A stretch of 64,000 nucleotides of DNA from Bacillus subtilis subsp. subtilis str. 168. GTDB taxonomy: Bacteria; Bacillota; Bacilli; Bacillales; Bacillaceae. Within the stretch, counting starts at the first letter, position 1; each line of letters begins with the position of its first letter. Positions 1 to 9,465 of the stretch are shown piece by piece. The notes beneath the pieces were generated by a model. That model made no database searches. It was not told the origin of the DNA and worked only from the letters and a program-made list of their open reading frames with translations. Location of the stretch: the NCBI RefSeq assembly GCF_000009045.1, contig NC_000964.3, positions 4,030,001-4,094,000 on the forward strand. Reading direction: 5' to 3'. The translations under genes were made by a program, and so were the position numbers.

Positions 1-548
1 TCAGTCTTATAATCTGCTGAGGTATCTTTCGGAGTAAGTGAAGTTTTATTCGGGCCTTTCGCTTCTGCTAGTGAATATGTAACCTTATGGTCATTATGCT
101 CAAAAGTCGCATAAAGCCCGTTCTTCATTTGCTTTTGAAAATCTGAATTCAAAATAGCGTTCTCTGTCTCGACTTGTTTGCTTGTCGACTCTTTTAACTC
201 AGGAGAAATGTCTTCCCAGTCGGCATCCGGTGTTTCCTTTGTATGAATAGGATCAAGGTATACTTCCTGTTTATAGACACCGTCACCTTCATAATAGAGT
301 TTTGTATTTTCTGTTCTTTCAGAGGTGATCTCACCCTCTTTGTTTATATCTTTTGGATCAAAAGGTACAGCTTCCTCAGTTTGTTCTTTCTGAAGAGTTT
401 CTTCTGGATCATCGGCAGCAATACGGTTTCCATTCTCTTCTTCTGTAGATTTTGCTAGTACATCGGCTGGCACTAATGAAATCATTAAAGCCAACACTAA
501 AAATGCTGCAATGAACCTTTTAAAGTTTCGCCTCTTTCTTTTTTTCAT
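1..548 (-). CDS. wapA: Wall-associated YD/Rhs-repeat polymorphic toxin precursor WapA, N-terminal ~182 aa (runs off window start)
   Basis: Manual translation from ATG at 548: MKKRKRRNFKRFIAAFLVLALMISLVPADVLAKSTEEENGNRIAADDPEETLQKEQ... with no stop to base 1. It has a signal peptide and an AGGAGAGAGG RBS. Absent from the ORF track because it is truncated. Confidence 0.95.
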   Translation of the reverse strand, partial: MKKRKRRNFKRFIAAFLVLALMISLVPADVLAKSTEEENGNRIAADDPEETLQKEQTEEAVPFDPKDINKEGEITSERTENTKLYYEGDGVYKQEVYLDPIHTKETPDADWEDISPELKESTSKQVETENAILNSDFQKQMKNGLYATFEHNDHKVTYSLAEAKGPNKTSLTPKDTSADYKT

Positions 549-589
549 TTCCTCTCTCCTTTTGTAATAAAAGTAATATTTACTCAATA

Positions 590-618
590 ATCTTAACTAG
601 ACTGAAATATCATTACAA
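590..618 (-). promoter_or_regulatory. Candidate sigma-A promoter of wapA (TTGTAA-17-TAAGAT)
   Basis: Minus-strand hexamers at 618-613 and 595-590 with 17-nt spacing, about 40 nt upstream of the ATG. Confidence 0.55.
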
Positions 619-677
619 TATTTTTCTAGAAAATTTATCTTATTTTAAGGATTAGCGAGAGTCAATTGACCTAAAAC

Positions 678-702
678 AAAAAAAGGCCGCATAGGCCTTT
701 TT
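678..702 (-). terminator. Intrinsic terminator after yxxF
   Basis: AAAAGGCC-GCATA-GGCCTTTTT hairpin with flanking A/T runs just past the yxxF stop. Confidence 0.8.
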
Positions 703-709
703 ACATTTT

Positions 710-1645
710 TTATTGTATTTGTTCAATATCCGTACCCTCAGCTGTCACATTCGCCTTCCCCTGCCTCCTGACAAGCGTCAAGGCCATGCCCGCAAAGATC
801 ATTACGATGCCAAGCGTTTGATAGAGGTCAGGGCGGAAGCCTGTGAAGACGGTATCGAGCACGATCGCGACAGCGGGGTCGAGAAATACAATGATTGAAA
901 TAAATTTCGTTGATAAAAATCGTAAACTGTCAAAAAACAGCAAATATACAATACCCGTATGGATGATGCCGGTAGATACCACCATAATCCAGTTTCCCTG
1001 AGATAGGTCCGCAAAAGCGCCAAAGTGAATAAACGGAATCAGGATGATAACCCCTAAACCTGTCTGCAAGAAGGTGGTCGTGTAAGGACTGAGATTGTGA
1101 ATGCCTTTTCCCAATAAAGTGGTGAACGCATAAAACAGTGCGGCGAGAACTGCCCATATGATCCCTGATCCCATCAGCTGTGTCAATGATGTGCTGCCGT
1201 TAATCCCGGAAATCAGCGCAGTCCCAAGAAAGCAGATGATAATGGAGCTGACGGAGATCACATTTAATTTCTCTCTGTAGAAGAAGCTCCCCAGAAGAAG
1301 AACAAGCACCGGCGCTAGATGATAAACAGAGATGGCAATTGTAACGGACGTTTCTTCAAAAGACTTAAATAAGAACACCCAGTTGAATACAAGAAAGAAA
1401 CCGCACGCCAATGTTTGCAGCACGTCTCTCTTGCTCCATTTTTCAGTTTTATACTGGCCGGACGCCAGCCAGCAAAAGCCTAAAAACAGCGTCGCGCAAA
1501 GGCAGCGGACAAAGACCAATTCAAATGACGGCAGATTGGTATGCTCTGAGAAAAAGCCGATGGAGCCGAAAATCACCATAGAGATGACCATTTTGATTAC
1601 GGCTGTTGATTTTTGTTTTGACGATATGGAAGGATCCTGTTGCAT
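710..1645 (-). CDS. yxxF: EamA/DMT-family transporter (311 aa)
   Basis: About 10 hydrophobic segments in two EamA-like halves. ATG at 1645 follows a GGAGGT RBS. Confidence 0.9.
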   Translation of the reverse strand: MQQDPSISSKQKSTAVIKMVISMVIFGSIGFFSEHTNLPSFELVFVRCLCATLFLGFCWLASGQYKTEKWSKRDVLQTLACGFFLVFNWVFLFKSFEETSVTIAISVYHLAPVLVLLLGSFFYREKLNVISVSSIIICFLGTALISGINGSTSLTQLMGSGIIWAVLAALFYAFTTLLGKGIHNLSPYTTTFLQTGLGVIILIPFIHFGAFADLSQGNWIMVVSTGIIHTGIVYLLFFDSLRFLSTKFISIIVFLDPAVAIVLDTVFTGFRPDLYQTLGIVMIFAGMALTLVRRQGKANVTAEGTDIEQIQ

Positions 1646-1738
1646 CAAACGTATTCTACCTCCAATACTGCATAGCATAAACTGTTTTTTGTGAATTCAG
1701 AAATCTACACATAGAATTCCTCTTTTTTACATGTAGAT

Positions 1739-1747
1739 ATTATAACA
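1739..1747 (-). promoter_or_regulatory. Extended -10 promoter (TGnTATAAT) upstream of yxxF
   Basis: The minus strand reads TGTTATAAT. There is no clear -35 (it would fall in the yxiE terminator T-tract). Confidence 0.55.
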
Positions 1748-1761
1748 CTTCTATTCTAAAT

Positions 1762-1790
1762 AAAAAAAAGCGCCCAAGGGCGCTTTTTTT
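1762..1790 (-). terminator. Intrinsic terminator after yxiE
   Basis: A-run-GCGCCC-AA-GGGCGC-T-run symmetrical hairpin. Confidence 0.85.
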
Positions 1791-1796
1791 ACAAAT

Positions 1797-2243
1797 CTAT
1801 CGAACAATCAAAACCGGGCATGTTGATAATTGAGACACTTTATGGCTGACGCTTCCAAGCATCATTTCTTTCAGGCCGCTGATCCCCCGGCTGCCAACTA
1901 CAATCAGGCTGACGCCTTTCTCTTTTGCGTGATTTAGTATCTCATGCGCCGGCTCGCCATTCGCGTAAATGGTTTCAGCTTGAACGCCTTTTTCGGCTGC
2001 TTTTTCTTTTGCATTCTCAAGGATTTTCAGGCCCTCTTTTTTAACCTCGTTCCTGATTTCATCAATAAAGTGTTCAGGCACATAGACAATTCCCGTCAGA
2101 GAAGAAGTCGTGACGACGGCTTCTCTCCCCACATGAAGAATGCTTAGTTCCGCTTGTTGCTCTTTTGCCAAATGCACTGCGGCATCAAGCGCTTTTGCAC
2201 TCATGTCTGATCCGTCAATCGCTACTAACATTTTGTTAAACAT
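1797..2243 (-). CDS. yxiE: Universal stress protein (UspA family), 148 aa
   Basis: N-terminal LVAIDGS and C-terminal VVGSRGISGLKEMMLGSVS...CPVLIVR USP motifs. Confidence 0.95.
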   Translation of the reverse strand: MFNKMLVAIDGSDMSAKALDAAVHLAKEQQAELSILHVGREAVVTTSSLTGIVYVPEHFIDEIRNEVKKEGLKILENAKEKAAEKGVQAETIYANGEPAHEILNHAKEKGVSLIVVGSRGISGLKEMMLGSVSHKVSQLSTCPVLIVR

Positions 2244-2288
2244 GCTCTTCCCGCCTTTCGGACTGTGGGTGGTTCATCTTTCTCTTTT

Positions 2289-2317
2289 ATTGTCCGCCTG
2301 CATTTCGTTATTGTCAA
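2289..2317 (-). promoter_or_regulatory. Candidate internal sigma-A promoter for yxiE (TTGACA-17-GACAAT)
   Basis: Perfect -35 and near-consensus -10 in the bglH-yxiE gap. Confidence 0.55.
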
Positions 2318-2345
2318 TTGAAGCGCATGAGTTTTCAAAAAATTG

Positions 2346-5607
<3,262 letters not shown>

Positions 5608-5705
5608 GTGTATACCTCCTTTTTATGGGGGGACTGCTGGATGAAAGGTGGCCGCCTTTCACCAGCTTTTTTTGTATCAAATGCTGCATCACCTCCTAAA
5701 AGAGA

Positions 5706-5769
5706 ATAAAAAAACCTAAATGACACAGATTGCGAGAGTCTCCTCCTGCACCTGCACCATTTAGGTTTT
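5706..5769 (-). terminator. Leader terminator of bglPH, controlled by antitermination
   Basis: AAAACCTAAATG...CATTTAGGTTTT stem plus T-tract, overlapping the RAT. Confidence 0.85.
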
Positions 5770-5792
5770 GCCTGCTTTCGCAGTAACAATCC
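5764..5792 (-). promoter_or_regulatory. RAT (ribonucleic antiterminator) for the BglG/LicT family
   Basis: GGATTGTTACTGCGAAAGCAGGCAAAACC matches the BglG/SacY-family RAT consensus. Confidence 0.93.
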
Positions 5793-5822
5793 TGACGGGT
5801 CGTTTTATTTGTTTGTAGGTAT

Positions 5823-5859
5823 ACTTTAGCACTAGATTCGTGAGATGTCAACGCTTTCA
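5823..5859 (-). promoter_or_regulatory. bglP sigma-A promoter (TTGACA-17-TAAAGT) with a cre site overlapping -35
   Basis: TGAAAGCGTTGACA at 5859-5846 fits the CcpA cre consensus and contains the -35. Confidence 0.88.
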
Positions 5860-5946
5860 TTTTTGGTGTTGACTATCGTTTCTAGAACAAAAGTAATCAT
5901 AAAGATTTGAACTTAGTATTAACTTCAATAAAAAATTATTGTAATT

Positions 5947-5981
5947 AAAAACCTTGAAAGGCATTTTTTCCAATCAAGGTT
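5947..5981 (-). terminator. Probable terminator ending the yxiB-yxxE operon
   Basis: AACCTTGA...TCAAGGTT stem followed by TTT on the minus strand, just after the yxxE stop. Confidence 0.6.
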
Positions 5982-5989
5982 ATGAATCG

Positions 5990-6298
5990 TTACCGTTTAA
6001 ATTTTTTTAAAGACTTCTTTATCTGTACTATTACATTCTTTAGCCAATCTATTGGTTCTAAATTAAACGCAGGAAGATACACGCCATCTGCGCAAGATTG
6101 AATGTAATCGTTTTTCTTATTGTCTGAATGCTCACTTTCAATAAAATCCGTTAAAAAGACAATAGCATCCTCCAAATATTCCTTACTTTCCTCTATTAAT
6201 AACTCTTGTATAGCGTCATCAGGAGTTTCAATATCTTGATGGAATGTTCCAGCTAAAAACTGAAAAACAGGGTCCTTCTGTTTATTGATCAATAACAT
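5990..6298 (-). CDS. yxxE: Small acidic protein, CdiI-like putative immunity protein (102 aa)
   Basis: Acidic, with [10 protein letters not shown] resembling the 'FHQD' motif of CdiI-type immunity proteins. AAGGAG RBS. AT-rich. Confidence 0.8.
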
Positions 6299-6343
6299 GT
6301 CATCTTGCTCCTTTAAGGGAGAGGTAACGGGATAATGTTAAAA

Positions 6344-6787
6344 TCATTCATCATCTAATAAATCAAGATAATACTGATCATTCTCTTCTATTTTTCTTAA
6401 GAACTCGGTAAGAGAAGTTGCAATTTGAATATCATAATAGTAAATCGGATTTTTATTATTATCATTTAATTCAATTGACATTAATGCCGATTCACTACCT
6501 TCAAAAAATATTAATTTATCATTCTCAAACTCATCATATATTTCTATGTCAGGATAAAATTCAAAGTCATTTATCCTCAATCGAAAGTCTCTTACAGAAT
6601 ATGGATCCAAAATGCGATTAGTATTAAACTCTGATCCTTTAATAAACCCATAGCCAACTTCTAAATAAAAATTCACTAATTCACTAGGTAATTTTAAGTT
6701 TAAATTTTTTTCAACCTCTTCAATCTCACTTTGATTCACTGGATAAAAATCATTTTCTTTGTTTGATTTTATAAAATTATAACTCAT
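6344..6787 (-). CDS. yxxD: SMI1/KNR4-family immunity protein cognate to YxiD (147 aa)
   Basis: 'EIEEVEKNLNLKLPSELVNFYLEVGYG' SMI1/KNR4 signature. The start overlaps the yxiD stop (ATGA). Confidence 0.92.
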   Translation of the reverse strand: MSYNFIKSNKENDFYPVNQSEIEEVEKNLNLKLPSELVNFYLEVGYGFIKGSEFNTNRILDPYSVRDFRLRINDFEFYPDIEIYDEFENDKLIFFEGSESALMSIELNDNNKNPIYYYDIQIATSLTEFLRKIEENDQYYLDLLDDE

Positions 6788-8493
6788 TTTTTTTTGCCTC
6801 CTTTAAATAATTCATTTGCTGGTGAGCCTGTACCATGAATCCCAGCTTGATGCTCGTTAGGAAATTTTGCTGGATGCATATTCCACCATTCATGTTCTCC
6901 GCCAAAAGTATTTTCAATTATATGGTGAGCATCATACTTATCCCCTTTTTTTCTAATAATTTTACCTGTTTTTTCAGATACAACATTTTCCTTATAAACA
7001 GGCCATTTTTGTCCAGTGTTTTCTTCCCATTCTTTTATAACTTTATTTTTTACTTTATCAAATTTAGTCCTGTGTTTTGCAGTCTCTATTGGTGACATTT
7101 TTTTATATTCTTTATTTCTTAATGCTTCCTTTAATTTATCTATTTGATTTTTAGGTAATTCTCTACCTGTGCGTTGTTCTATATCTCTAGCATACTTTTT
7201 TATTAAATCAGAATTAATTTTATTAGCAGATCCACTTACATCATTCGCAATTTTCCCTTTATCCTTAGCAACGTTTTTAACTTCCGAAGCCTTCTTAGCC
7301 TTTTTCCCATTATTAATAAGTTTATTAATATCTATTAACTTTTCTAACTTAGCTATTTTGGCAAATGGTACTGAGTTTATGGAGGCAACAACACGGTCTT
7401 TCCCTGTGACTTTTTCGCCTGATACCGGATCTCTGCCCGTGGCTGCTTTAAATAGATCATACACGCCGGTAAGTTCTACAGCCGTCTCTAAAATTTTCAC
7501 ATATCCATTCTCATCCACTTTAATGTCCGAAAGCGAGACGACAGGTTCAAGCTTCATGTCATTACCAGATATGTATACATTGTAAAGTGTATCATTATAA
7601 ACGACTTGCTTAACCTCTGCATTTGAGAAATCAGTTTTTATATGTTCTCTATGTTCACTCGTATTATACACTTTACCATTGATAACGATGATATTTTTAC
7701 TTACCTTTTTAGAATCACCCGTTTTGACAACTGAATCCACTTTAGACTTTTCATTCTCGGCTAATTTCTTCAGCATCATCTCCATCGGTGAATCATCCGC
7801 CTGCTTCATTTGCGGGTTAATCGCGCCGAAGATTTGGTTGATGTTTTCTTCTTCCTGTGATTTCAGGATGGAGCCGCTTTTGTAGCCTGTGATTTCAATT
7901 TTCGGGCCGGTGTACATGGTTTCGAGCTGATCAATGTATTTTTTCATCGTTTGAAAATCTGATTTTGCGGCTTCTAGTGCTTGGGTTTGCTGGCCGTCAA
8001 ATTGAAAGAGCTTATTCAGGGTGTCTGAAATCAGCCGCTCAGCCTGTTCTGTTTCCATCCGAAAAAAGGAATCATTGACTGTCGGCAGGCTGACGATGTG
8101 ATCTATGGCTGATGTCTGGCGATTGACTGCGTCAGTGAGCTGCTCTGTCACTTCTCGTGCATGCTTGACCCCATGTCTCGCATCGTGTGAGAGAAAAGCC
8201 TCTGCGATCATGCCGTGGGAGTTAGATTCTACAGAGGAAATCGCATGCTGTGTTTGTTTCAGCACTTTTTTGTATTCGTCGATAAATATGCCAAAGAAAA
8301 GGAGAAAAGGCTTGTGGCACTCCTCGTAAAAGGTCCGGATGGCATCTCCGCCTTTTCCTTTCAGCGCATCCTTCATGCCTGCCAGATGCTCAACGCTTTT
8401 TTCCAGCTTCTCCAGCTGTTGTTTTTGCTTGTCCAGTTTCTCAATCGTATGCTGAATGCCCTCGTGAAGAGCGTGGACATCTAATGTTTTCAA
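6784..8493 (-). CDS. yxiD: LXG-domain polymorphic nuclease toxin (LXG + pre-toxin TG + HNH-like C-terminus), 569 aa
   Basis: N-terminal helical LXG (LKGKGGDAIRTFY), PT-TG-like 'ATGRDPVSGEKVTGKDR', C-terminal 'YDAHHIIE...WWNMHP...EHQAGIH'. TTG start with GGAGGA RBS. Confidence 0.93.
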   Translation of the reverse strand: MKTLDVHALHEGIQHTIEKLDKQKQQLEKLEKSVEHLAGMKDALKGKGGDAIRTFYEECHKPFLLFFGIFIDEYKKVLKQTQHAISSVESNSHGMIAEAFLSHDARHGVKHAREVTEQLTDAVNRQTSAIDHIVSLPTVNDSFFRMETEQAERLISDTLNKLFQFDGQQTQALEAAKSDFQTMKKYIDQLETMYTGPKIEITGYKSGSILKSQEEENINQIFGAINPQMKQADDSPMEMMLKKLAENEKSKVDSVVKTGDSKKVSKNIIVINGKVYNTSEHREHIKTDFSNAEVKQVVYNDTLYNVYISGNDMKLEPVVSLSDIKVDENGYVKILETAVELTGVYDLFKAATGRDPVSGEKVTGKDRVVASINSVPFAKIAKLEKLIDINKLINNGKKAKKASEVKNVAKDKGKIANDVSGSANKINSDLIKKYARDIEQRTGRELPKNQIDKLKEALRNKEYKKMSPIETAKHRTKFDKVKNKVIKEWEENTGQKWPVYKENVVSEKTGKIIRKKGDKYDAHHIIENTFGGEHEWWNMHPAKFPNEHQAGIHGTGSPANELFKGGKKK

Positions 8494-8512
8494 TCCCTTG
8501 TCCTCCCGCGCT

Positions 8513-8782
8513 TTATTTCATGGAAGATGATATGTTTTCGTCCGTTTCCTTCATGGCGTTTACCGCGCTTTCCGTTTGTGCGATATGCTTGGCCAGAACA
8601 GACGCATATGCTTCAGTGAGCTCTTTGATGTCCTTATTTAATTGCTCGATGGACTTCACAACATTCAAATGGTTTCTGCCTGAGAGATGACCGGGCAATG
8701 AGGACTTGAGTTCAGCTGAATTCTTGAGCTGAGAAAGCCCTTGCTTCACTGTGTCATACACCATTTTAATTTCCTGTGCCAT
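8513..8782 (-). CDS. yxiC: YwqI/YxiC-family small helical T7SS/LXG accessory protein (89 aa)
   Basis: All-helical WXG100-sized protein directly upstream of the LXG toxin. C-terminal MKETD. Confidence 0.88.
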   Translation of the reverse strand: MAQEIKMVYDTVKQGLSQLKNSAELKSSLPGHLSGRNHLNVVKSIEQLNKDIKELTEAYASVLAKHIAQTESAVNAMKETDENISSSMK

Positions 8783-8793
8783 TTGTGCTCACC

Positions 8794-9159
8794 TCACTTT
8801 TTATGTTTTTCCTTCTCTATTTCATGCTCTATCCTCGTGATTTGGCGTCTTATAGAATACACATCGCCCTCTAATGAGTGGATTTTTCCTTCTATGCTTT
8901 CGATGATTCCGCTGACTTGATCGCTTTTGATTTGCTGATATGCTTTGTTCATTCCTTCACGAATATCTTCAAACCGCTCAGCATGTGTTCCTCTCCATGC
9001 CTCCCGGTTAAGATGAGGCCGGTGAATGAGATGCTGGGCCTCAGAGAAATCGTGTTTGATTTGCCTAATTTCGTGCAGCACTCGTTTTAATTGATGGATC
9101 TGTTCCTGCTTTTCATGTAAGTCGGCTTTTACCGAATGTAACAACATTTCACTATGCAT
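8794..9159 (-). CDS. yxiB: YwqH-like coiled-coil T7SS/LXG accessory protein (121 aa)
   Basis: Helix-turn-helix hairpin with a central AWRG (WxG) motif. First gene of the toxin operon. Confidence 0.88.
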   Translation of the reverse strand: MHSEMLLHSVKADLHEKQEQIHQLKRVLHEIRQIKHDFSEAQHLIHRPHLNREAWRGTHAERFEDIREGMNKAYQQIKSDQVSGIIESIEGKIHSLEGDVYSIRRQITRIEHEIEKEKHKK

Positions 9160-9430
9160 GCCGCAACACCTCGTGTTTCTATCAAACTGTGTAAATTCTT
9201 TACAATACAGACTATTTTCATATTACATGATGGGTCATATTGGATAAATAGGTAAAAAGGATTGTCTTGAGAGGTATAGAACTGGTTCTAAATTGCTAAA
9301 AATACGATCTCATCACCCTATGAAAGGAGAAAACAATCATAGTAGGGACTTTTTATTTAAGCCTTTAATCTCTCCTCCAGTTCTAATTTTTCCTCCCACT
9401 TAACTGTTTCTTATAGTCAATAAAGCTCAT

Positions 9431-9455
9431 AAAAAAACACCTTCCCTCGAAGGCG
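9431..9455 (-). terminator. Intrinsic terminator after abn2
   Basis: The minus strand reads CGCCTTC-GAGG-GAAGGTG-TTTTTTT. Confidence 0.8.
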
Positions 9456-9465
9456 CTTCTCCATC

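Noticed and set aside
6299-6343. 45-nt spacer between yxxD and yxxE as a relic toxin C-terminus
   Set aside because: The short frames (e.g. FNIIPLPLP*) are too short and degenerate to call without an alignment.
9277-9290. Possible LexA (SOS) box upstream of yxiB
   Set aside because: The B. subtilis box is CGAAC-N4-GTTCG. Here the spacer is 2 nt and the flanks differ, so it is kept only as an unassigned palindrome.
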